DNA from: Eubacteriales bacterium
GTDB taxonomy: Bacteria > Bacillota > Clostridia > Oscillospirales > CAG-272
NCBI GenBank assembly: GCA_045586345.1
Contig: JAZNAD010000024.1
Coordinates: 1-42,240 of the forward strand
Direction of reading: 5' to 3'
Length of the DNA stretch: 42,240 nucleotides
Numbering within the stretch: the stretch's first letter is position 1; every line of letters starts with the position of its first letter. The notes under the pieces were generated by a model. It was not told where the DNA came from and did not search any database. It saw only the letters and a program-made list of their open reading frames with translations. A program made the translations under genes and the position numbers. Shown here one piece after another: positions 7,843 to 16,811 of the stretch.

Positions 7843-10212
7843 TTAATGCTTTGCGGTGAGGCCGAAGGATGCCAGCGCTTTTGCGATTTCTTCGGTGGCG
7901 GTGCTGACCTCGGGCTTTGAGAGGGTCTTCTCCGCCGACACGAAGGAGAAGCGGAGGGTGATCGTCTCTTCCCCGTCACGGGCGAAGTTTCCGACGAAGC
8001 CGACCCCGGCAAGGAGGTCACTGCCGGCGGCCATGGCGGCCCGGGAGACGGCGACGTAGTCGACCTCGGAGAGAGTGGCGGCGAAGGTCATATCAATGTC
8101 GATCCCAGGGAAACGCGAGGCCTCACGGTAGCGGATCGGCGAGGGCTCGACCGAGGAGAAGAGATCCATGTCAAGCTCGGCGAAGGCGATGGCCGCCTTC
8201 TTGTCGATGGCCGTAGCCACCGTGGGATGAGGCACCGAGAGGGTGCCGCACTCGACGCCGCCGACCGTCACCGCAAAGGTGTTGACGGGGTGCTCAAAGG
8301 CGTGGTCGGGGGTTTTGGCGGAAAAGATCGGGGCCACGTGCTTCTGCATCGAGACAAGCGAGGTGAGCATATCGCGCACACGGAGGAAGACGGTCTCCTC
8401 GCTCTCCTCGCGGCTGTAAACGGCAATGCCGAGGATGCGGCGCTCGTTGCAGTCGCCATCCGCACGCTTGCCCTTGACGACGCGGCCGACCTCAAAGAGA
8501 CCGTAGCTGTCCGAAATGCCGCGGTTCTCGGCGAGGAAGGAGAGCAGGGTGGGGGTCATCGAGTTGCGGAGCACGGCGTGATCGGGCGTGCCGGGATTAA
8601 GGATGCGGACGTTCTCCTCGATCTCAATACCGATCTCGCGGTACTTCGGAGCGTCACACCAGATATAGGAGTGCACCTCGTGGAGCGAGAAGCGCTCCAC
8701 GAGCAGGGTCTTGACGGCAGCCTCGTCTGAGGCGGGAAGCTCGGGAAGGACGGGAGCCAGCTTGCTTTTGGCCGTAAAGATCTCGAAGTTATCGTAGCCG
8801 TAGATGCGGGTGATCTCCTCAATGAGGTCCGCAGGAATAGTCACGTCCTTGGTGGCACGCCAGGAGGGGACAGTCACGCGGAACGCATCGCCCGTGCGGT
8901 CGACACCGAAGCCGAGAGAGACAAGGGTGTTCTCAATGCGGTCGGAGGAGATGTCAATGCCGGTATAGCGGTCAACGTAGGCCTTGTCGATCGTCATCTC
9001 GATCGCGGGGTAGCGCGTTTTGTAGCAATCGGTGACGGCGCTCGTAACGCGAGCCACGGGGCAGATGGAGAGGAGTAGGTCGAGGAAGCGCGCGGTGGCG
9101 GTGAGGCAAAGCTCGGGGTCGAGCATCTTTTCATAGCGCATGCTGGCGTCGGTACGGAGGCCGAGGCGCGCCGAGGAGCGGCGGATCGAAATACCGTCAA
9201 AGCAGGCGCTCTCGAGGAGGAGCGAGGTGGTATCGTCCTCGATCTCGGAGGCGAGGCCGCCCATGATGCCCGCGACGGCGACAGGAGTGCCGCCCGATGT
9301 GATCATCAGGGTATTCTCGTCGATCGGGCGGCTTTGGCCGTCCAGGGTATCAAAGCTGAAGGAAGCATCGAAGCGGCGCACCTCGACACGGTCAACGCGG
9401 CGCAGGTCAAAGGCGTGCATCGGCTGACCGAGCTCGAGCATTACGTAGTTCGTAAGGTCGGCGAGAAGGTTGATGGCGCGGCTGCCGCAGTAATAGAGGC
9501 GGATGCGCATATTGACGGGGCTCGTGTGGACACCGATGTTCTCGACCTTGACGCCGACGTAGCGGTAGGCGTGCTCGGTGTCGAGGATCTCGATGGCGAC
9601 GGGAGGCAGGGCGTCATAGGCACTCGTATCCACGCCGGGAACCGCGCGGAGCGGACGGCCGGCGAGAGCGGAAAACTCCCGTGCGACGCCAAAGTGGCCC
9701 CAGAGATCGGGGCGGTTGGTGAGCGACTTGTTGTCGACCTCAAAGAGGATGTCCTCGATGTCGTAGACCGACTTGAGGTCGGTGCCGAGCGGAATATCGT
9801 CAAGAATCTCAAAAAGCCCGGAATTATCAGCGCTGATGCCGAGCTCGGCCTCCGAGCAGCACATACCGAAAGAGGGGTAGCCGGCGACGGTGGCCTCACC
9901 GATCGGATGGCCGGCCACAGCACCGCCCGCCTGCGCGAAGGCAACCTTCATCCCCTCGCGGACGTTCGGCGCGCCGCAGACGCAATCGACAAGCCTCGCG
10001 CCCGTGTCGATCTTCAGAAGATGGAGCTTTTTGGAATTCGGATGGTTTTCGACCGAGGCGATCTTGGCTACGATGACACCGTAGGTATCGGTGCCCTTCT
10101 CTATTATGTCCTCGACCTCGGCGGTCGAGAGGGTGAAGCGGTGGATAAGTGCCTTCTTGTCAAGGCCCGAGAGATCAACGAAATCGCCGATCCAATTCAT
10201 AGAAAGTAACAT
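7843..10212 (-). CDS. pheT: Phenylalanine--tRNA ligase beta subunit
   Basis: tRNA-binding OB domain (VCGAPNV, GMCCSEAELG), NRPDL, B3/B4 (LGQPMHAFD), B5 (VPSWR...DLIEEITRIYGY); directly follows pheS. Confidence 0.97.
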   Translation of the reverse strand: MLLSMNWIGDFVDLSGLDKKALIHRFTLSTAEVEDIIEKGTDTYGVIVAKIASVENHPNSKKLHLLKIDTGARLVDCVCGAPNVREGMKVAFAQAGGAVAGHPIGEATVAGYPSFGMCCSEAELGISADNSGLFEILDDIPLGTDLKSVYDIEDILFEVDNKSLTNRPDLWGHFGVAREFSALAGRPLRAVPGVDTSAYDALPPVAIEILDTEHAYRYVGVKVENIGVHTSPVNMRIRLYYCGSRAINLLADLTNYVMLELGQPMHAFDLRRVDRVEVRRFDASFSFDTLDGQSRPIDENTLMITSGGTPVAVAGIMGGLASEIEDDTTSLLLESACFDGISIRRSSARLGLRTDASMRYEKMLDPELCLTATARFLDLLLSICPVARVTSAVTDCYKTRYPAIEMTIDKAYVDRYTGIDISSDRIENTLVSLGFGVDRTGDAFRVTVPSWRATKDVTIPADLIEEITRIYGYDNFEIFTAKSKLAPVLPELPASDEAAVKTLLVERFSLHEVHSYIWCDAPKYREIGIEIEENVRILNPGTPDHAVLRNSMTPTLLSFLAENRGISDSYGLFEVGRVVKGKRADGDCNERRILGIAVYSREESEETVFLRVRDMLTSLVSMQKHVAPIFSAKTPDHAFEHPVNTFAVTVGGVECGTLSVPHPTVATAIDKKAAIAFAELDMDLFSSVEPSPIRYREASRFPGIDIDMTFAATLSEVDYVAVSRAAMAAGSDLLAGVGFVGNFARDGEETITLRFSFVSAEKTLSKPEVSTATEEIAKALASFGLTAKH

Positions 10213-10223
10213 CGCCGTCCTCC

Positions 10224-11252
10224 TTACTCACTCACAAACTGGGAAAGCGCCGCAAGGCTCCCCGAGTTGAAATCACGGATATCCTTGATGCCGTACTTCA
10301 TCATGGCAAGGCGGGTAAGGCCAAGGCCGAAGGCAAAGCCGGTGTACTCGTCGGGATCAATGCCGCCCTCGCGGAGAACATTCGGGTGGATCATGCCGCA
10401 GGGGCAAAGCTCGAGCCATCCGCTGTTCTTGCAGGAGGGGCAGCCCTCACCGCCGCAGATGAGACAGCTGATGTCAAGCTCAAAGCCGGGCTCGGTGAAC
10501 GGGAAGAAGCCCGGGCGCAGACGGACGTTGATCGGACGGGCGAAGACCTCCGAGAGCATCGTCTTCATAAAGTAGATGAGGTTTGAGATCGAGATATCCT
10601 TGTCGATCATCATGCCCTCCATCTGAAAGAAGGTATTCTCGTGGCAGGCGTCGGTCGCCTCGTTGCGGGAGCAACGGCCGGGGAAGATCGCACGGAGAGG
10701 CGCGCCGTACTTCTTCATAATGGCGTTCTGCGCCGCCGAGGTCTGGGTCTTCAAAAGCTGGCCGTTCTCAAGATAGAAGGTGTCCTGCATGTCGCGGGCG
10801 GGATGGTGCTTCGGAATATTGAGCGACTCGAAGCACTGGTAATCGTTGACGATCTCCTGGTAATCCTCAACAGTAAAGCCCATCCCCGCGAAGATGCGCT
10901 CAAGCGAACGACGGACAAGGGTGATGGGGTGATAGGAGCCGATAGCGCCGGACGAAGGCAGAGTGGGGTTGTAGCGCTTGGCGGCAGCAAGCGATGCTTC
11001 CAGTGCCTTGGCGGCCAGTGCCTCGCCATGGGCGGTGATGGCCTCCTCGGCCTCGGTCTTAAATCGGTTGATCAGCCCTCCTGCCGTTTTCTTCTCCTCC
11101 ACAGAGAGATCACGGAGCCCCTTCAGGAGCTCGGTCACAAGGCCGCGCTTGCCGAGAAAGGCAACGCGCACCTCATTGAGCGAGGCGGCATCGGTCGAGG
11201 TCGCAAGGCGGGCCGATAGCTCCTCGCGCAGGGCAGAGATCTTGCTTTCCAT
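10224..11252 (-). CDS. pheS: Phenylalanine--tRNA ligase alpha subunit
   Basis: HHPARDMQDTFY, FFPFTEP, GFAFGLGLTRLAM; ATG 11252 behind GGAAAGGAAG. Confidence 0.98.
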   Translation of the reverse strand: MESKISALREELSARLATSTDAASLNEVRVAFLGKRGLVTELLKGLRDLSVEEKKTAGGLINRFKTEAEEAITAHGEALAAKALEASLAAAKRYNPTLPSSGAIGSYHPITLVRRSLERIFAGMGFTVEDYQEIVNDYQCFESLNIPKHHPARDMQDTFYLENGQLLKTQTSAAQNAIMKKYGAPLRAIFPGRCSRNEATDACHENTFFQMEGMMIDKDISISNLIYFMKTMLSEVFARPINVRLRPGFFPFTEPGFELDISCLICGGEGCPSCKNSGWLELCPCGMIHPNVLREGGIDPDEYTGFAFGLGLTRLAMMKYGIKDIRDFNSGSLAALSQFVSE

Positions 11253-11320
11253 AGCTGTGACTTCCTTTCCGCAGGCGCACACCGGTGGGCGCCCGTAAGA
11301 TTAATAAACAAGCATATAAG

Positions 11321-11349
11321 AGTATAGCAAAAAAAGACGCGCATTGCAA
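11321..11349 (-). promoter_or_regulatory. sigmaA promoter of pheST
   Basis: TTGCAA-17 nt-TATACT with TGn extension, about 70 nt upstream of the start codon. Confidence 0.7.
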
Positions 11350-11471
11350 GAGGCTGCCGCAATTTTTCCTTAAAAAGCATGGGAGCCGAGGATTTCGGTG
11401 GCACAAGGGGGCGAAAAAGCGCGAGAAGGCAGCGTCCTTTGGGAAAGAGAAAAAAAGAATTGTGCGGCAAT

Positions 11472-11625
11472 GTCGCGAATTCCGTGTGTTCCTGTTGCCT
11501 TTGAGATATTCCGGAGAACAGCCAGGAGAGGCCGCGCTATGACGGTGGGAAGCAGCCAGGGACTTGAAATGCGGGCCGCCGGATACGCTGTACGCGGAGA
11601 CAGACCGGGGCGGCATCCTTCGACT
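11472..11625 (+). ncRNA. ssrS: Probable 6S RNA
   Basis: Long irregular hairpin: 5' GTGTGTTCC pairs with 3' GGGGCGGCAT with one bulged G (the 6S closing-stem pattern), and GGAGAGGCCGC...GCGGGCCGCC resembles the Firmicute 6S inner stem; G-U pairs favour the + strand. Ends approximate. Confidence 0.6.
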
Positions 11626-11677
11626 GAGCGCTTACCGAATGCGACCTCCGGCCGCCTCTCGCATTGCAACGTATTGT

Positions 11678-12967
11678 TTACTTCAAGACGAAATAGTCGT
11701 TGTCCGCGACGATATAATGGCGCAAAAGCTTAACGCCGACGCCACCGAGCGTCTCCTCGATCGCCACGGTAGCCTCGCGATCCTCACGGGAGGGCTCAGC
11801 TACACCGCCGTGGTGGTTATGGGCGAGGATGGCAAAGGACGCATCGGCGTATACCGCGCATTCGGCGATTTGACGGCGCGAGAAGGGAGCCTCCGCAATG
11901 CCGCCCACCCCTACGGTGCGCTCGGCGACGGGGTTTCCTTTTCCATTGAAGAGAAAAAGGAGTAGCTCCTCGGAGGAGCGATAGCGGTAAAGGTCAACAA
12001 GGTAGGCGCCAAAGCCACCGACATCATCAAAGCGGGGCAGGCCGCGCTCACGGACGCCGTAGGTATATAGAGAGAACGGCAGGGCAAGGAGAGCCGCCAT
12101 ACGGTCATTCTCGGTAGGAGCCAAACGGCGATCGGCCGCGAGGGAAAGCAGTCGGTAAAGGCCGCCGTACCGCGCAAGGAGAGCTGCAGCATCCTCAGAG
12201 ACACCGCCCGCCGCAAGAAGGGATGTAAGAGCGATCTGCCCGGCCTCCTCGGTGGGGGCGAAGGGAGCGGACTCTTCCTGCGAGCATCCGGAGGTACGAT
12301 AGAGTAGCGTGCTGTACCGCCGACCGCTAACGATATACACCTCAAGCAGATGCACACCGGCACCGTCAAGGGCGTGGCGCGCGGCGCGCGCCATATCGAG
12401 ATCGGCGCTCACGGGGAGGGCCAGACCATCGCCGTGAATATGGGCGATGGCGCAATGGGCGGCACAGAGACGGATGGTTTCCTCGCTGACGGCCGCAAAG
12501 GAGAAGCTGGGCGCGTGCGGCGAGACACCGGGAAGCACACGGTGCCCGATGACGCGGAGGGAGTTATCAAGAAAGACCGCGGCAGTGGCTTCGTCCTCAT
12601 AGGGAGAAAGCAGGCGGCAAAAGAGACTGCCCAGCGCCCCGGCGTTTGACGCGCGCTGCCTTTGCGTGCTCCCTTCGTCCGCCGTGGTGAGGATCTCGCG
12701 GAGTGCCGTGAGGAGACGGACGGTGCCGTCGCCTATGCCGGGCACCACGAGAAGGCGGCTCCTCTCGGCAGCAAGGGCAGCGGACACCGATCCGAAAGCG
12801 TCAAGGAGCGCGTGGGCAATGGGATTGGTATCACGGCGCGGAATCGAGTAAAAGAGGACAAGCTCGAGGACATTATGCGGGGCAAAATCCGAGAGCCCCG
12901 AAGCGAGGAAGCGGCCGCGAAGACGCGAGCGGTGATCCTTATGCGGATGGTCGGCGGCAACGGCCAT
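11678..12967 (-). CDS. radC: RadC/JAB(MPN)-domain protein with tandemly duplicated module
   Basis: N-terminal HRSRLRGRF...LELVLFYSIPRRDTNPIAHALL; two JAB-like motifs HIHGDGLALPVSAD and HNHHGGVAEPSRED; 429 aa. Confidence 0.85.
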   Translation of the reverse strand: MAVAADHPHKDHRSRLRGRFLASGLSDFAPHNVLELVLFYSIPRRDTNPIAHALLDAFGSVSAALAAERSRLLVVPGIGDGTVRLLTALREILTTADEGSTQRQRASNAGALGSLFCRLLSPYEDEATAAVFLDNSLRVIGHRVLPGVSPHAPSFSFAAVSEETIRLCAAHCAIAHIHGDGLALPVSADLDMARAARHALDGAGVHLLEVYIVSGRRYSTLLYRTSGCSQEESAPFAPTEEAGQIALTSLLAAGGVSEDAAALLARYGGLYRLLSLAADRRLAPTENDRMAALLALPFSLYTYGVRERGLPRFDDVGGFGAYLVDLYRYRSSEELLLFLFNGKGNPVAERTVGVGGIAEAPFSRRQIAECAVYADASFAILAHNHHGGVAEPSREDREATVAIEETLGGVGVKLLRHYIVADNDYFVLK

Positions 12968-13002
12968 GACTCTTTCCTCCTTTCATTCGTTCTTTTCTTC
13001 TC

Positions 13003-13031
13003 ATTATACCCGAGCAACGGTGAAAGGTCAA
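13003..13031 (-). promoter_or_regulatory. sigmaA promoter of radC
   Basis: TTGACC-17 nt-TATAAT on the minus strand. Confidence 0.65.
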
Positions 13032-13167
13032 GAGAAAACGCACCGGGCTGCAGGCGTGCGCCGAACGCGCGCGAGGTTTTTGGGAATTTTGACGGAAATG
13101 TCTTTACTTTTTTATTAAGCTATGCTATAATTTTTTGGTATGGGATGACACGAGGGAGGGAGAGCGA

Positions 13168-14511
13168 ATGACCAAGCAGCAGAAGGCGGCCGCACACCGT
13201 ACCGTTCTCCTTGTGACCCTCGGCTGTAAGGTCGCGCAGTACGAGACCGAGGCCATCCGCGAGTCCTTCCTTGCGGCGGGCTACCGCGAGGCCGAGAGCG
13301 ACGCCGATGTTGTCATCGCCAACACCTGCACCGTCACGGCCGAGAGCGACCGCAAGTGCCGCCAGGCCATCCGCCGCCTCGCCCGTGAGAATCCGCGGGC
13401 AAGGATCCTTATTTTCGGTTGCTACGCGCAGTCGCATCCCGCCGAGGCGGCCGCCATCTCCGGCGTCTCCTTTGTGGGAGGCACAGCCGGGAAGATGCGT
13501 GCCCTCGCTGTTGCCGAGCGCCTGCTCATAGAGCCGCCCCATCCCGCCGAGATCGCGGTGCGTCCACTGGACGGTGAGGTCTATGAGGCGATGTGCGTGT
13601 CGGGTGCGCCGCGCACCCGCGCTTACGTCAAGATTGCCGACGGCTGTGACTGCCGTTGCACCTACTGTGCCATCCCCGAGGCACGCGGCCCTGTGCGCTC
13701 GCGGCTGCGGGAGGAAATCCTTGAGGAAACCCTGCGGCTTGCGGAGGGCGGGGTACGCGAGGTGGTGCTGACCGGCATCGAGACCGCGTCCTACGGGCGC
13801 GACCGTCACGACGGTTACCGGCTCATTGATCTTTTGGAGGAGGTCGACCGCCTCCCCATCGACCGCATCCGCTTAGGCTCGCTGACGCCCGAGATCCTGC
13901 ACGGCGACTTCGCATCGCGCGCCGCACAGCTCCGGCATTTAGCGCCGCACTTCCATCTTTCGGTGCAAAGCGGCTCCGACCGCGTGCTCGCCGCGATGAA
14001 GCGGCGCTACAACCGCAGGATGATGCTCGAGGGGATCGAGGCGCTCCGCGCGGCCTTCCCCGACCTTCAGCTCACGGCCGATGTGATCGTCGGCTTCCCG
14101 GGAGAAAGCAAAGAAGACTTTGCGCTCAGCATGGATCTTGCCGAGAAAGCGCGTTTCCTTTCGATGCATGTGTTTGCCTTTTCCCCACGGAAGGGCACAG
14201 TGGCTTACAGCCTCCCGGGGGCGATCCCCGAGGATGAGAAGGCCGAGAGAAGCCGCGAGCTCATTGCTCTTTCTGAACGCCTGACGCGGGAGAATCTGGC
14301 CGCCGTCCTTGCCGAGGGAAAGCCGCTCACCGTCCTTTTTGAAACCGAGCGTGACGGTGTTTTCACAGGGCACACCCCCTCCTTCCTTGAGGTGAGTGCG
14401 CCGGCCGCGCGCGATTTGCGTGGGGGGATCCACCGCGTCATACCGACCGCGATATTCGGCGCCCGGCTTATGGGAACCGTCATAGAAGAAATAAAAAATA
14501 CAGACATATAA
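13168..14511 (+). CDS. mtaB: tRNA t6A methylthiotransferase (radical SAM)
   Basis: [17 protein letters not shown]...[30 protein letters not shown]; upstream TGCTATAAT promoter and GGAGG RBS. Confidence 0.92.
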   Translation: MTKQQKAAAHRTVLLVTLGCKVAQYETEAIRESFLAAGYREAESDADVVIANTCTVTAESDRKCRQAIRRLARENPRARILIFGCYAQSHPAEAAAISGVSFVGGTAGKMRALAVAERLLIEPPHPAEIAVRPLDGEVYEAMCVSGAPRTRAYVKIADGCDCRCTYCAIPEARGPVRSRLREEILEETLRLAEGGVREVVLTGIETASYGRDRHDGYRLIDLLEEVDRLPIDRIRLGSLTPEILHGDFASRAAQLRHLAPHFHLSVQSGSDRVLAAMKRRYNRRMMLEGIEALRAAFPDLQLTADVIVGFPGESKEDFALSMDLAEKARFLSMHVFAFSPRKGTVAYSLPGAIPEDEKAERSRELIALSERLTRENLAAVLAEGKPLTVLFETERDGVFTGHTPSFLEVSAPAARDLRGGIHRVIPTAIFGARLMGTVIEEIKNTDI

Positions 14512-14522
14512 GAGAGGTAGTT

Positions 14523-15920
14523 ATGGAAAACACGCAGAAGACCATGGAAAAGATTGTCGGCCTTTGCAAGTCGCGCGGTTTTATCTTCGCCGGCTCCGAG
14601 ATCTACGGCGGTCTTGCCAACTCGTGGGACTTCGGCCCGCTTGGCGTCGAATTCAAGAACAACATCAAGAAGGCTTGGTGGCGCAAGTTCGTCCAGGAAT
14701 CGCGCTACAACGTCGGCCTTGACAGCGCCATCATCGTCAATCCTCAGGTGTGGGTGGCCTCGGGCCACGTCGGCGGCTTCTCCGACCCCCTGATGGACTG
14801 CAAATCCTGTAAGACCCGTCACCGTGCCGATAAGCTGATCGAGGAATACGTGGCCGCCGAGGGGCTTTCGGATAACCCCGCCGGTATGTCGAACGATGAG
14901 ATGGCCACCTACATCCGTGAGCACGGCATCGCCTGCCCCGACTGCGGTAGCCACGACTTCACCGATATCCGCAAGTTCAACCTGATGTTCAAGACCTTCC
15001 AGGGTGTGACCGAGGACGCGACGAGCGAGCTCTACCTCCGCCCCGAGACGGCGCAGGGCCTCTTCGTCAACTTTAAGAACCTCGCCCGTACCACGCGCAA
15101 GAAGCTCCCCTTCGGTATCGGTCAGATCGGCAAGTCCTTCCGCAACGAGATTACGCCCTGAAACTTCATCTTCCGCACCCGCGAGTTCGAGCAGATGGAG
15201 CTTGAGTTCTTCTGCAAGCCCGGCACCGATCTTGAGTGGTTCGCCTACTGGAAGCAGTTCTGCAAGGATTTCCTCCTGAACCTCGGCATGACCGAAGAAA
15301 ACCTGCGTCTGCGTGACCACGACCCTGAGGAGCTTTGCTTCTATTCGAAGGCGACGACCGACTTTGAGTATCTCTTCCCCTTCGGCTGGGGCGAGCTGTG
15401 GGGCATTGCCGACCGTACCGACTACGACCTCGGCCAGCATGCCAAGCATTCGGGCGAAGCGATGGATTACTTTGATCCCGAGACCAACGAGCACTACACC
15501 CCTTACGTCATCGAGCCCTCGCTCGGTGCTGACCGCGTGACGCTCGCCTTCCTTTGCGACGCCTACGACGAGGAGGTCATTGACGCCGAGAAGAACGACG
15601 TCCGTACCGTCCTGCATCTGCATCCCGCGCTCGCGCCGATGAAGGCCGCGGTTCTTCCCCTCTCGAAGAAGCTCACCGAGGACGCTCTGCCGCTGTACGA
15701 CGAGCTCTCGAAGTACTTCGCCGTCGACTTCGACGATGCCGGCTCGATCGGTAAGCGCTACCGCCGCGAGGACGAGATCGGTACGCCCTTCTGCATTACC
15801 TACGACTTCGACTCCAAGGAGGACGGCTGCGTGACCGTGCGCGACCGTGACACGATGGAGCAGGTCCGCATCCCAATCAGCGAGGTGCGCGCCTACATTG
15901 AGGCTCGCATGAACTTCTAA
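14523..15920 (+). CDS. glyQS: Glycine--tRNA ligase, alpha2 type; one 465-codon frame interrupted by an in-frame TGA at 15159-15161
   Basis: ORFs 14523-15161 and 15195-15920 are in the same frame: ...YLRPETAQG...[27 protein letters not shown]...[13 protein letters not shown]...IEPSLGADR...[21 protein letters not shown]. Confidence 0.95.
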
Positions 15921-15949
15921 AGTGGGGCGGCAGATTTCCACATAACCGC

Positions 15950-16030
15950 AAAAGAAAAGAGGTATTTGGTTCTACCAAGTACCTCTTTTTTGTGAACAAA
16001 AAGAGTAGACCGCTGTCTGCTCTTTTACTT
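15950..16030. terminator. Two back-to-back intrinsic terminators (glyQS and the convergent lipoprotein gene)
   Basis: AAAAGAGGTATTTGG-TTCTA-CCAAGTACCTCTTTTTT and AAAAAGAGTAGAC-CGCT-GTCTGCTCTTTT. Confidence 0.8.
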
Positions 16031-16047
16031 TTTCAGTTATGCCCGGA

Positions 16048-16509
16048 TCAAGGATCCAAACCGGGGATAAGGGAGGTTGCCGACTCGATCTTCACAGCCC
16101 ACAGGCGGAGGGTGCCGTCCTCCTTCATGGTGACCGAGAAATCAAAGCGGAGCTCGACCTCGCCCACCGTACCGAAGCCGCCAAGGGCGTAGAGGGGGCC
16201 GTCGGCCGCCTCGTCATGCCAGGAGCTGTACGAGCTCATAAAGGCGTCGATCACAACACCGTCGGCAAAATCGGCACCCGAGGTGTTCTCAAGGGCACGG
16301 ATGTACATTTCAAGATACTCAGCCGAGATCTCGGCCTTTTCGTCAAAGAGGGCGACCGCCTCGGTGTAGCGGCTGTTCACCACATGGGTCAGGAATTCGC
16401 GGAAGATCTCCTTCGCATCGTCATGCTCGATCGAGGAGCAGGAGGTAAGAAGGAAGGATGCCAGAAGGAGCACAAGGAGTGCTAAGGCTGCAAGCCGTGT
16501 TTTTTTCAT
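16048..16509 (-). CDS. Hypothetical lipoprotein
   Basis: MKKTRLAALALLVLLLASFLLTSC lipobox; RBS GGAGG; own TGCTATACT promoter. Confidence 0.75.
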   Translation of the reverse strand: MKKTRLAALALLVLLLASFLLTSCSSIEHDDAKEIFREFLTHVVNSRYTEAVALFDEKAEISAEYLEMYIRALENTSGADFADGVVIDAFMSSYSSWHDEAADGPLYALGGFGTVGEVELRFDFSVTMKEDGTLRLWAVKIESATSLIPGLDP

Positions 16510-16811
16510 AGAAGCCTCCGTCGGTATGTTCGTATTCAGTATAGCACAGGGGCGAGCAAATTGCAAGAGAGCGAGCGGAAATAGAAGAAAGGAGGACTTG
16601 CGTGCCCCTTTCTTGTTTGATAACGACGAACATTACAAGGCTTTAAGAGGGGAGGCGAGCATGGGTATGCTCGCAGCGGCGGAAGCTATTTTTTATCGAG
16701 GCAACCGGCGGTTGACAAATTGAAAGCTCGTCACGGTGGATTTTTTTCTTTTCTTATGCTATACTGGCATTGTTATGGGGGCACCCCCAAAACCAAGGGA
16801 GGACACGATCT

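Noticed and set aside
11350-11670. T-box riboswitch for pheS
   Set aside because: No T-box antiterminator motif on the minus strand, a promoter lies between this region and pheS, and the structure fits a + strand 6S RNA better.
14523-15920. Genome-wide UGA=Gly reassignment (translation table 25) or selenocysteine as the cause of the glyQS TGA
   Set aside because: Many genes here end at TGA at their expected length and no other conserved gene has an internal TGA; the position is not a Cys/redox site, so Sec is implausible.
15195-15920. 241-aa ORF as an independent gene (two-subunit GlyRS)
   Set aside because: It is the in-frame continuation of the alpha2-type enzyme; the ATG is the Met of EFEQME inside motif 2 and has no convincing RBS.
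14205-15941. Long antisense ORF (578 aa) opposite glyQS
   Set aside because: Shadow frame produced by GC-rich codon bias; no RBS or recognisable motifs.
7806-16030. Similar stems (AAAAGAG[C/T]AGAC...GTCTGCTCTTTT) in the terminators at 7806 and 15997 as a repeat family
   Set aside because: Only two short copies, both explained as terminators between convergent genes; insufficient evidence.
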